In this document: in pieces, positions 41,701 to 50,636 of the stretch
How positions within the stretch are numbered: position 1 is the stretch's first letter
How the letters are laid out: each line of letters begins with the position of its first letter
DNA from: Chiloscyllium plagiosum
Lineage: Eukaryota
DNA: 64,000 bases
Assembly (NCBI RefSeq): GCF_004010195.1
Contig: NC_057750.1
Coordinates: forward strand, 1,922,929-1,986,928
Direction of reading: 5' to 3'
Program-made: the position numbers and the translations under genes
The notes under the pieces: model-generated
Database searches by the model: none
What the model saw: only the letters and a program-made list of their open reading frames with translations
What the model was told of the DNA's origin: nothing

Positions 41701-44700
41701 TTGATGATCTCATAACCAATATGCCTATCAATATTCTCTTCAAAAAACTGTTACAAGGTACTGGGCAGCCGCAACCAGCTGTAGAACCGTACTGTTGCGA
41801 GAGTCAGTGCTTTTAAACATGCGAAAAAAGGCATGTATAAATGGAAAGCCTAAATGGAAATTAAGGTAATTACCTGTACATTAGCATAAAAAGATGGTTT
41901 CTGAAGACAGTCTTCCATACTCCTCGTCAAAGAATTCTGAACAGGAAAGGAGTTCATAGCCACCTGACTAGGAGGAGCAGTGCAATTGGGATCTAATTTC
42001 TGTCGTTCCTTTCGAGAAATTGAAACACTCTTACTGGATTTACCTGCAATATTGTAATGCTTCACACACACATCTTTATTAGAGATTCTGCCTCTTTTGT
42101 TGCTACAGGGTGGAAGTGACCAACCTTCCAACTGCTCTGACTGTGACTGAAGCTGATTCTGAACAACAACTTCTTCACACATTGACTGAGGAGGACATTG
42201 TCCTTTGAATGGACTCTTCTTGGATTTCTTGTGACATTCTGAGATTCCCCTTGACACAGGCTGTAAACCAGTCTCTGTCTGCTGGTCTGTACATTCTGTC
42301 TCTTGTGGATAGCAAGAGAGAATATTCTTGGAGAGTTGGCACTGTTTTGTTGCTTGAAACTGTAAAAATGGAGAAGTGGTTTCCTGTCTCAAGGAATGCT
42401 GGAAGTCTTGTAATAGTTCTGAGGGATGATGAGATTGGGTTCCATTATTCTGGATCTGGGATGGAATTTTCTGGGCAAGTACATGCTGGGACTGGGTAAC
42501 TAGCACTTGTGACTGGCTTACCGAATTTTGGGATTGAGACAGATTGTACTGGGTATCAGAAATCAGGTGGAGCATATGGTTTTGAAATTGATCTTGGTTT
42601 TGCATCGGGGAGGCCTCCTGATCTCCCATGTAGACTTGCGTAAACAGTGAAGTTGCTATCTGCTGTTGATGTTGCTGGTGCAGAGAGTACTGCTCCTGCA
42701 GTATTTCACGTTTCTGTTCAGGATAGGCTTGCCACTGATTCAAATTAGTTTTGTAACTCAAAAGTTGTCTGAAGACATTTCCACAAGCATCAAATTCAGA
42801 CATTGATGAGTTTTCACTCTGATTCTTCGCAACAGAGGAATTTGACTGAATATCCAAATTCTGCCTTGTAAAGGCTTGGGCAAATGAGTCCAGCTTATGC
42901 AAAGCACCACTTGAAAAAGTGGCAGAAACTTCTTCAGGAGGCTGGGAATTGGGGACAATATAAGAATAACTTCCTTTGCTGCCACTGTAAGTTGCCAAGT
43001 TATTGGTCCACACAAGATCTTGACTCGGTTGTTGTCTGGTGGATCCAGTTTCAGTTCTTGATAATGTATGATTTGTGTTCACATCTTGAGGCCAACTTGC
43101 TGGTCTTGATGATTCCAAAGTATATTGTGCAGGCTGCGAAGGTCTACCAGGAATCATTGAATCCAAAAGATAAGAATCTAGATTTTCTACACAGGAGACA
43201 CTGGGATCTGCTACAGAAAAGTGAGAAGGGTTTACTCTGCTGTATGGATCAGTTATGTTACAGTTTAAACCAGAAGAAGAATGCTCTCTTTGCATTATGC
43301 CAAATTTGGCTTGTCTAACAGTGCTTGACCTCTCTGACAAACAAATATTTGGACTAGTAAGCACACTTGCTGTAGCATGGGTTTGTGTGGGATAGTGCAA
43401 TGTAATTTTGCTTCCAGTAGCACCAGTTTCACAAGGTATTTTTTGGCTTACACTGCTCGTTAGGGGCCTCAGCATGTCTCGGTTAGGCAGACAAGATCTT
43501 TGAGAAAGAGACTCAACCTGTGTTGTCGGCCTCTGTGCCACTCCCACTTCACACTGAAGGGTCTGAGTTTGGCCAGTCTGGGGGTACAGCACACCCTCTG
43601 TTGAGTCCACTTCTTTCGAGCTGTTGTCAGCAAAAGGCTCCCTCTGACAATACAAGCCATGCTGAACCTCATAGTGACGTCGCAAAGACCGGGAGTCACA
43701 ATAGCTCTTGTCGCATCCGTGTTCCATACAAACATAAGGTTTATTTTTTTGGTGTGTTAACAAATGCCCAGATCTAAGGAGAGAATGCAGAATAAAATGC
43801 CTCATTAAGTTCATCTCATAACATTTTGCTCCTAACATTTACAAATGATGGGCTATTGCTTTGCAAGGTCATCATCGTTCTTCATAGAACTGACCTGTAT
43901 TAATAATAATTTGACAGATGATTGGGAACAATCACATGTACCTACTTCAATCTTCCTTCTCCTTGTATTCTTTGATGAAATTAGCATAAAATGCATTTAG
44001 TTTCTTACCCACCTCCCTCAATTATTCACCAAGCTCAACTATGAGAAACCTTACAGTATCTATTCTTGAAAAATTCTTATTCTTTGTAGATTTCAACTAT
44101 GGGCCTCACCTACAAGTGTAAGCGATCATATTTTTTTTCTTGCATTTCAAACCGAAGTGGAAGTCAGACAATGCTGTATAGCTGAAATACCAGGAGAGTT
44201 TTGAAATTTGGAAAAAAATCAAGTTATGCTGATTTCTTTCTGTGTAAGACAATATTGCTTTTTGATGCAGTCAGATTATTATTTGAGACTGAGTGATACC
44301 AACTGTGCTTACCCTGAAAAAAGTGAGGACTGCAGACGCTGGAGATCAGATTCAAAGAATGTGGTGCTGGAAAAGCACAGCCAATCAGGCAGCATAAAGG
44401 AGCAGGAGAGTCGACGTTTCAAGCATAAGCTCTTCATTCCTGATGAACAGCTTATGCTCGAAACGTCAATTCTCCTGCTCCTCAGATGCTGCCTGACCGG
44501 TTGTGCTTTTCCAGCACACTTTTCATCTGTGCTTACCCTTTCTACACATTTTTACTCCCATTACATCATGTTATACCGTATTTCTTCTGTCTGCCTTAAC
44601 TGTGAATGTGGGTGCCTTATTTGCAGTTTTTCAAAGGGCGCAATTTAACTCATACAGTAGGAATCTTTTCTCCATTATTTGTTAAAATGTGTTACAATAA

Positions 44701-47700
44701 ATAGTTATTTTATGCTTCTGACAAAACTTCATCAGAACTGTCTTCATCCTGAATAGCAGTCAGTTAGACTAGTTGATTATCTTGGTGTTTAATTGGGATT
44801 TTATACATTTGGTTTGTGGAATGATCTGGAACTATTATCAGAGCTCTCTTCCCAGTTAAGTTGTGACATAAGCATCTCTGACCAGCAAGTATCAAACAAA
44901 TCTCAGGCAAAATTCTTATAGCCACCAGGGCAAGAACTGTGATCCTTTCAATTTTACCTAAAACTAAGCACCGATTCCAAAGTTAAATGCTTTGCTAGCC
45001 TCATATGCAGGTGATAACCATATTAGCATCCAGTGGAATCAGTATATATAGAAGGCAATCAATTTGTCTGGTCTCCACTGAGAATTTGGAATCTTAGCTC
45101 ATGATCAAGCAACTTGAAACTAATAATTTAAAAATAAACTTTAAGAAAATGCTTACCACTTAATTCTCTCAAACTTTAACTAATACTGAATATTTTTAAA
45201 CAATCAAGTCCTGTCTGAGTAACATTTTCTTCCAGGCAATTTGATATTTTGACACACATCAATAGATTGAACTTTGAATCATGGAAGGATGCAATACAGA
45301 TAGACACCATCTGGCCCATCAAGCTTGTGTCAGCTCTGAAAGAGCTTTCCAATTAGTCACACACACCTTGTTCTTTCCTCATCATTTCAAGTATTTATTC
45401 TACTAACTCTTCCAAATTACTATTGAATCTGCCACTCAAATATTAAGTAAATATTTTGGGTATGGTTAATGTCACTTTTAAATCTGGCACCTCGTAGACT
45501 TGTAAATGGGTGGTTTTTGGTATACTCCTTTCAATATTTTTTGTTGTTTTCCAGGTCAATAATCGTTCTTCAACCAAGACTTGTAAATGCAAATTAAGTG
45601 ATTGTTTATCTCATGCAGTAGTTTGTGGGATGCTGCTGGACAGGCACTATTACGGTTACAGGATTGTAGCCTGTTAATTATATGAACACGAGGAATGGAA
45701 TTTAATCCCACAGATCAAACTCACATCCAACTTGAAATGAATAAAACTAAATCTGGCATTTAGTTTCATTCCAGGTGGACAAAGCAAATCTATTGTGTGT
45801 GAAAAATAATAGAAATTCCTGAGTTACATAATGTTCACACACAAGTGGTCCTGTCTCTTAAAGGCCTTATTGCAGATCCTGCAGACATGCCGACGTTCAT
45901 GACTATGCGTCAGGTAGTGTTTGCTCAGGGCACTGGCACTGCTGAATGACTTTCCGCATTGGCTACATTCCTAAAAAAAACAAATGAATTATCTATTTTT
46001 GCCTCATATTGATTTCAATATAAATGTAAAACAACTCTAAGAGTTAACATTTAAATTACTACTGATTTCCCTAATATATTCTATTACTGAACAAACCAGA
46101 ACTTATTATTTTTGACAAAACTGGTTTGTGTTCTTGGGCTTGATGGTTTTTTTTAAGAACAGCTCAGTCGTATATACTGTAGATTAGAAACCTCTTGTTA
46201 CAGGTTTTTTTTAAAAAGGACTCTAAAACAACAGACTGGAAGAACAACTGGATGCAGTGCTAACCTGGAATGCTTGCTGCGGAGAATGCCGTGTGGAGAG
46301 ACGCCTTCTCTTCTGCAGCCCTCCATATTTCCCTTCACTTTTACCTCCACTTTTCTCAGGGCTATTTTTTTGAGGTACAGGACTAATACCTATAACAAAA
46401 AAGTCAATAGGAAAAACCAGCAATATTTCAGTTCTTTTTTTGTTAAACACACATTCGGATTTTAAGTCAGATGAGTTGGACTGAAGACCAGTTTCTGTGT
46501 TGCTATTTCTATATCATTAAACCATCCTTTGTTTATAAACCATTTGTTAAGAATGGGCAGAGTGAAAACTTAATTTCCAAATAGTGCAACTTATTGTTTG
46601 CCTTATTCCATCATAATTTGGGCAGTCTTTTTCAGTTTATGAAAATCTAAGTCAGTCTAAATGACCATTGCACACAAGAAACCAACATTAAACACAAGAT
46701 CTCAGATTACCAGCTGCCTTTTACAATTCTACCTGAAGTGATAGCATCACAGCCTCAAATGTGATGCTGGGTGGTTCACTGGGTGGTTTTCAGTGTAGGT
46801 ATCTGTCAGGCAATATCCCTAGAAAAGGACATGACAGATGTTATCACTTCATTAGAATTGAAATGCTCTTGTCTGTTACAAGCATAATTTTCTGATCAGG
46901 CTATTTGTGTGTTGTGTTACAAAGTTTATTTTATCTGCCAAAATGCCCCAAAAGGAAGCTGGGCATCTATATTTAAAAATGATCTCATTTAGAAAACCAG
47001 TTGTGAACTGATTATTCTTTAAGGTTGCAACTCCAGCATGTTGTGATATTACAAATACAGTTCAATGTCAGGGTGGTATATGCCTTTTTCTTTCCAAAAA
47101 GCAACTTTCTAATCAGCAATGTACATAAAATTTCCCTGGAGTCCTCAGCCATTAATCACCTACCAAAATATTTCCAAACATTCTACTGGTTTCAGAATGC
47201 TTTCCATTGATGGTACTATCACAATGCCCCAGCACTCATGGAGATGCAATCCAGTATTATATTTGACTAAACAGGGAAAAATTAGTCAGCACTACAACAT
47301 GTGATCACTTTCTCATGAAGCAACATTGATATGTTTAGTAAGACAGTCTAATTCAACCGTCGTATCATTTTTCAACTTTCAATAGTTCATTTGTTGCTGA
47401 AACAGAATATTTTAATACATTCCTGACCAGCCTCCCAATCTCTAAACTTTTAGGATAACAAATAACCTGCTGCTTATGCCATAACTCACAGTGAAGTTCC
47501 AGAATCCACTGCTTGCTGACCTATACTGGCCCCAAGTTAAATGCCTCAATTTTAAAATTCTCATTGCCCTTCCTCGAATCCTTTTGAGGCCTTACCCTTT
47601 CCTACCTTTGTAACCTCCTTCAGCCTTTCAACCCTCTGGGTTCTCTCTGCCTTTCCAATTCTAGTCACCTGAGTATCTCTAATTTTAAATACCACAACTG

Positions 47701-49756
47701 AAGGACATGTCTTCAGCTGCCTATACCCTATGTTCTGAAGTTACCTTCTCAGACCCCTCTGCTTCACTCTCCTAAGACTTGCCTTAAACTCTGCCTCTTT
47801 GACCAAGACTGGTCATTTGACCTAAATAATGGTGTATGGCATCAAATTCTGTTTTTTGTTATACTCCCATGAAGCACTTTGGGGAATGTTACTGTACATA
47901 TGCCATGAAACTATAAACTGTTGTGTAGACATCAGGAGGGGACAGAATGTGGTTCAGATATAATGCTCACCAGAACAAAAGCTGCTGACAACAACTATTT
48001 AGGATTGGACAGGTGAGGTATCACAAGTTAACTTCCGCTACTGGAATTGAATCTTAGCCATTAGAAAAGACACAGAGGTAAACAAAAGAGTATATATAGC
48101 AAAAACATTGGCATTGTAAATATAAAAACAAAATCCATATGCATAGTTTTGATTATATTGTTACAAAACTGATTTCCATGAAGCATCTAGTAGCTATAAT
48201 ATAACTACATCACAACATCCACGCTAGCTGCTTTTATAACAAAAACACATAAATCAGAACCACCATTCAGGTAACAGAACAAATTAATAAATATCAGGGT
48301 AGCGGGATCCTGGCAGGAGGTTGACCCACCTATACTGAAGGTCTACTTGCATATTTGGGAGTAACAGTCCCTCTTATCTATCATACTAATTTTTATTTCC
48401 ACTCTACAATTCTGACAGCCACAATTATGAGTGTCTGGCTGAGCAAGACTAAATAAGGAGAGAAAAATAATACAGTACAGTAGATACCACACAAAGTTGC
48501 TTTTTCTAAGTCGTAGATACTACTGTGTGTTTATCATGGACTAGGTTAGTTTGAATGCCTTCCCAGTGGGAAAAGTAATAAAACTGGCGAATGAGACATA
48601 CAGATCCAATTCATCTTGTGTACTTTAAAATGGAGGACCGCAACGTACATTTCCAAGTATTCCTGAGCTTCTTTTTCACTTTTCTTTTCAGAGTCAGAGA
48701 ACAAACTCGCCTAGCTATAAATCCATACCTAACAGATAACCATTCAGCAAATATAACATTAAACTTTACAGAATATGATTTCCCGTCATAATCTTTGCAG
48801 AAAACTCTGGAAAATCAGGATCAATGGCTGTTTCTACCATTTCTCAGTAGCTTCTGCCAAACGTGTGAGAGGGAGATTGCTCAGAAAACACACAGAGATT
48901 AGAGAAGCCTTTTTATTTCCTAACAATCTTTTCTGCTCTTCTGAAAGAATTGACTTATGGTGAAATACAGTTGCAGCTCTCTGGTATTATTGTGTGTGTA
49001 TGAGACTAGGCAATGGAAGTGATCAAGCTATTTGAGTGAGGAGAGAATCACATGCACATTTTGATCCTTCCTGCATGCACGATTCACATTTTACTTTCCA
49101 ATCAATAGGATTTATTAAACTGAAGTTGAGAACACTGGAAGAATTTCACCTTCATAGCCAGGGAGGTTGAGGCCAAATGTAGCTTCTGCTGTTGCTCTAC
49201 CTAACTTAACACTAATGATTATGGATCCGAACAGCCTAACATGTTATGAGGCAGTCTTATCAAAGAGGCCATCAGGGATGTTAATACAAATTTTAATAAA
49301 ATCTTATTGGAATTGTAAAAGTGGGATGTTACTAAGTAATTTTGGCTGGGGATTTATTTTAAACCAGCAGGAAAACAAATTTATCCCAGCAGCAAATAGT
49401 TATAAGAGCACTGCTGCGCTTTAAAAAAAATGCATGCACATTCAAGTACCTAGCAACACGGGTGGAGAATCTGTGTCCGTGGAGTCACTGGGAATCTTTG
49501 GGGAGTCACATCCCTTATCTACAGTATAGAGGGATAGATCTACATTGTCAGCAAATGGATCGCCAGGAATTTCTGCAGTCTCCAGGTTATAATCAAGTTC
49601 TATACTTGTCATTCCTGCATAAATAATATCATCAGGGTCTGGGATGAATTCTTGTCTCTGGATATTACTTGCAATGGGCAACTCACTGTCTGATAGCAAA
49701 GGCAGATGCATTTCGGTTTGGAGAGAGCTTTCATCGGTGAAACTGTAGCAATCCAT
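11598..49756 (-). CDS. ZNF541: ZNF541 (ELM2-SANT C2H2 zinc-finger protein, TRERF1/MIDEAS family), spliced span of 16 coding exons, about 4296 nt / 1431 aa
   Basis: N-terminus [19 protein letters not shown] resembles ZNF541 (MDQYSLGDEGALPSEMHLP, from memory). Also present: three N-terminal C2H2 fingers ([55 protein letters not shown]), [14 protein letters not shown] motif, ELM2 ([13 protein letters not shown]...LVWKPW), SANT ([10 protein letters not shown]...[15 protein letters not shown]) and a C-terminal finger ([23 protein letters not shown]). All 15 introns are GT-AG with compatible phases. Confidence 0.95.
13071..13249 (-). CDS. ZNF541: ZNF541 coding exon 15 (179 nt)
   Basis: caccccttag|TCATTC...ACAAA|gtaggt; SFSESTSIP...[11 protein letters not shown]. 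Confidence 0.92.
14620..14900 (-). mobile_element. Decayed CR1 ORF1 (esterase-like) fragment
   Basis: Minus strand [11 protein letters not shown] resembles the CLPGARVRD motif of CR1 ORF1. Confidence 0.45.
15059..15211 (-). CDS. ZNF541: ZNF541 coding exon 14 (SANT end; 3' boundary may instead be 15032 or 15005)
   Basis: gtttttcag|ATAAAACAC...; [26 protein letters not shown]...EIKKL; three in-frame GT donors available. Confidence 0.88.
15735..16055 (+). mobile_element. Deu-type SINE (SacSINE-like)
   Basis: tRNA-like head (ggttcaaatccca); core ccttacctgctctggcctacatgtgactccagaccc; L2-like tail agggatgggaattaaatattgcc. Confidence 0.65.
17005..19052 (+). mobile_element. Penelope-like retroelement (family 1), 5'-truncated; frameshifted RT plus GIY-YIG endonuclease
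   Basis: Broken frames give [65 protein letters not shown] and [20 protein letters not shown]...FREH. Confidence 0.92.
19206..19294 (-). CDS. ZNF541: ZNF541 coding exon 13 (89 nt; SANT start)
   Basis: gaatttag|GTACTGAG...AAGATG|gtaaga; [30 protein letters not shown]. Confidence 0.94.
19644..19828. mobile_element. Penelope-derived inverted-repeat mini-element (family 1) with 18-bp TSD
   Basis: TSD GCTATTATTAATGACATC at 19623-19640 and 19829-19846; about 67-bp arms with one mismatch around a GGGC-ATGT-GCCC-GAAA loop. Confidence 0.9.
21050..21500 (+). mobile_element. Old Penelope-like 3' fragment
   Basis: gaggaatagcacctcattttcc...caaccttcaggagtcaacat resembles the end of the GIY-YIG region; terminal gtgctgccagacctactgagt. 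Confidence 0.45.
21911..21986 (-). CDS. ZNF541: ZNF541 coding exon 12 (76 nt)
   Basis: tttttgtag|GCTGCC...ACTG|gtaaga; [26 protein letters not shown]. Confidence 0.94.
22515..23722. mobile_element. Penelope-like element family 2, inverted 3' portions with internal (TG)n-rich tract
   Basis: 22515-22880 is an inverted copy of 23335-23722; minus-strand [19 protein letters not shown] resembles a GIY-YIG C-terminus; terminal CTGATGAAGGAGC...GAAAGCTAG motif at 23639-23668. Confidence 0.8.
24157..24470 (+). mobile_element. HE1-like V-SINE inserted into a CR1 3' remnant (about 23965-24660)
   Basis: ggttcaattccagcctcgggtgaccgtctgtgtggagtttgcacattctcc; homologous to 31899-32252. Confidence 0.82.
24750..25425 (+). 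mobile_element. L2/CR1-group LINE 3' fragment
   Basis: [21 protein letters not shown]-terminal motif; tail ttcaaggaagcagc...ggatggacaataaatcctggcc shared with 57715-57790. Confidence 0.7.
25860..28200 (-). mobile_element. CR1-type LINE ORF2, degenerate (endonuclease C-terminal part to 3' tail)
   Basis: [80 protein letters not shown] in multiple broken frames. Confidence 0.93.
28661..28764 (-). CDS. ZNF541: ZNF541 coding exon 11 (104 nt; ELM2)
   Basis: ttttctgcag|TGACAG...ATTTTG|gtaacc; [35 protein letters not shown]. Confidence 0.95.
29962..30104 (-). CDS. ZNF541: ZNF541 coding exon 10 (143 nt; ELM2 start)
   Basis: gctttag|GCATATT...AGAG|gtaagt; [47 protein letters not shown]. Confidence 0.95.
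30445..31858 (-). mobile_element. Young CR1-type LINE spanning an assembly gap
   Basis: Open frame [19 protein letters not shown]...[12 protein letters not shown]...[16 protein letters not shown] right of the gap; CR1 3' end left of the gap. Confidence 0.9.
30684..31486. other. Assembly gap (803 N)
   Basis: Run of N characters. Confidence 0.99.
31899..32252 (+). mobile_element. HE1-like V-SINE, well preserved
   Basis: gggcagcatggtggctcagtggttagcactgc...cccgggttcaattccagcc; V-domain; (ATTCT)-type tail. Confidence 0.88.
32850..33792 (+). mobile_element. CR1-type LINE 3' part, degenerate
   Basis: Collinear with the reverse complement of 1084-2060 (agatttgtagacagcacaaagctggg, ctggagtactgtatagttttggtctcc, gatcagccatgatcata). 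Confidence 0.85.
33855..34330 (+). mobile_element. Penelope-like family 2 terminal fragment
   Basis: Homologous to 23335-23722; GGAGC-ACT-GCTCC-GAAAGCTAG stem at about 34253-34274. Confidence 0.78.
34842..34959 (+). mobile_element. Penelope-derived single-arm mini-element (family 1) with 15-bp TSD
   Basis: TSD TCCATGTTCTGGAGA at 34827-34841 and 34960-34974; begins AGGGCCTGTGCCCGAAACGTCGA, ends GACCTCACTTTCTCC. Confidence 0.9.
35018..35081 (-). CDS. ZNF541: ZNF541 coding exon 9 (64 nt)
   Basis: cctttacag|ATGGTG...GAACC|gtaagt; [22 protein letters not shown]. Confidence 0.9.
35325..35970 (-). mobile_element. CR1-type LINE fragment, degenerate
   Basis: [20 protein letters not shown] and [27 protein letters not shown]. 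Confidence 0.82.
36675..36825. mobile_element. Penelope-like family 3 terminal inverted fragment
   Basis: Homologous to 54490-54600; internal inverted repeat tttgctc..gagctgaaaggttcattttcaga / tctgaaaatgaactttccagctc..gagcaaa. Confidence 0.65.
36932..37277 (-). CDS. ZNF541: ZNF541 coding exon 8 (346 nt)
   Basis: tgttgcag|GTCACT...GTAG|gtaaac; [16 protein letters not shown] and [21 protein letters not shown] motifs. Confidence 0.93.
37443..37583. mobile_element. Older Penelope-derived inverted mini-element (family 1-related)
   Basis: gtcaatagatgtgaagctggaaaa / ttttccagcttcacgtctattgac inverted arms; tail ccagcatctgcagtcc. Confidence 0.7.
37859..38119 (-). CDS. ZNF541: ZNF541 coding exon 7 (261 nt)
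   Basis: aattttag|GTGACT...GCCCAG|gtgaga; contains the [10 protein letters not shown] motif of this family. Confidence 0.9.
39202..39373 (-). CDS. ZNF541: ZNF541 coding exon 6 (atypical zinc finger; acceptor may be 39376)
   Basis: caacagcag|GGACTTG...CAAAAG|gttagg; [40 protein letters not shown]...KAQK. Confidence 0.87.
40009..40073 (-). CDS. ZNF541: ZNF541 coding exon 5 (65 nt)
   Basis: acttttcag|GATGAAGAT...CTGTG|gtatga; [21 protein letters not shown]; supplies the phase 0-to-2 bridge needed between exons 4 and 6. Confidence 0.82.
41874..43773 (-). CDS. ZNF541: ZNF541 coding exon 4 (1900-nt large exon; end of finger 2, finger 3 and long Q/S-rich region)
   Basis: Within the 662-aa ORF 41850-43838; ctccttag|ATCTGGGCAT...GTACAG|gtaatt; [25 protein letters not shown]...[10 protein letters not shown]...YANVQ. 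Confidence 0.94.
44316..44526. mobile_element. Penelope-derived inverted-repeat mini-element (family 1) with 13-bp TSD
   Basis: TSD CTGTGCTTACCCT at 44303-44315 and 44527-44539; CTGATGA 44440-44446, GAAA 44460-44463, GTC 44465-44467. Confidence 0.88.
45843..45970 (-). CDS. ZNF541: ZNF541 coding exon 3 (128 nt; C2H2 finger 1 and start of finger 2)
   Basis: ttttttag|GAATGT...CACTT|gtgtgt; [43 protein letters not shown]. Confidence 0.93.
46265..46389 (-). CDS. ZNF541: ZNF541 coding exon 2 (125 nt)
   Basis: ttttgttatag|GTATTAGT...TTCCAG|gttagc; [42 protein letters not shown]; phases 1/0 bridge the flanking exons. Confidence 0.85.
47420..47925 (+). mobile_element. L2-type LINE 3' remnant
   Basis: gcttgctgacctatactggcccc...ctcaattttaaaattctc (LADLYW..DFKIL-like) followed by an L2-type 3' region similar to 790-985. 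Confidence 0.6.
49450..49756 (-). CDS. ZNF541: ZNF541 coding exon 1 (ATG at 49756; 307 nt)
   Basis: [19 protein letters not shown]...SPPVLL-G; donor CTAG|gtactt; candidate upstream acceptors at 49781 and 49864. Confidence 0.92.
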
Positions 49757-50440
49757 AGCTCCTGATTTGGCAATGTCCTTCTGTAGAATTAAACAGCAGG
49801 CAACTACTTTTCACAGCATGAATCTGGCAAAAACATCCTCTTCTTTACTGTGTATTGATGCAGCTTTAATAAAATAGAAATATAAAAAAGTTTAGAGACA
49901 AATTTAATTTACAGGAAGTTGATAGGCCAGTTAGGTGTTATTATACAGAATTAATTTTCTAGTTTTTCCACAATACCGTTCTATTTAAGTTTTTCCAGGC
50001 CATGCATTTTTCTCCAGCAGAAATTACTGCAAAAGATCAGCAGGGAGTTGTTTAATTTTGAAAGGAGGGAAAGGAGGAGAGAGTTGGATGAAACGCCCTC
50101 CATTTTCTTTGCTCCTGCCCAAGCAGAGAAACACATCTCCCTTCGGCAACCTCCTTTAACAGGTGAAATTAGCAAAAACTGGGTGAAGAATTGCAGCTAC
50201 AACTTCATACCCTGGAATACTGCTGATAAAACCCTAAACTCAAAGTTAAGCAGTCACTAACATACTGCTATTATGTACTATGAATTGAAATAATCATGGC
50301 TATGGCTAATCATTTATTGTTTTTATTACTGATTAAAATGCACAAATACGTTATATTTTGACCCAAAAAAAGGAGTTTGTAACCCATTATATTTCACTTA
50401 TAGACTTGTGGGTTTTTTTAGAAAGCAAACTCCAATACTG

Positions 50441-50636
50441 AGATGAAAATGTGTTGCTGGAAAAGCGCAGCAGGTCAGGCAGCATCCAAGGAGCAGGAGA
50501 ATCGATGTTTCGGGCATGAGCCCACCTTCCTGAAGAAGATTCTCCTGCTCCTTGGATGCTGCCTGACCTGCTGCGCTTTTCCAGCAACACATTTTCAGCT
50601 CTGATCTCCAGCATCTGCAGTCCTCACTTTCTCCTA
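50441..50636. mobile_element. Penelope-derived inverted-repeat mini-element (family 1)
   Basis: About 60-bp perfect arms tgaaaatgtgttgctggaaaagcgcagcagg...aggagaatc / gattctcct...acacattttca plus tail ending cctcactttctcct; no clean TSD. Confidence 0.85.

Noticed and set aside
41850..43838. 662-aa ORF as a standalone single-exon gene
   Set aside because: It is internal exon 4 of ZNF541, bounded by splice sites at 43773 and 41874 and starting mid zinc finger.
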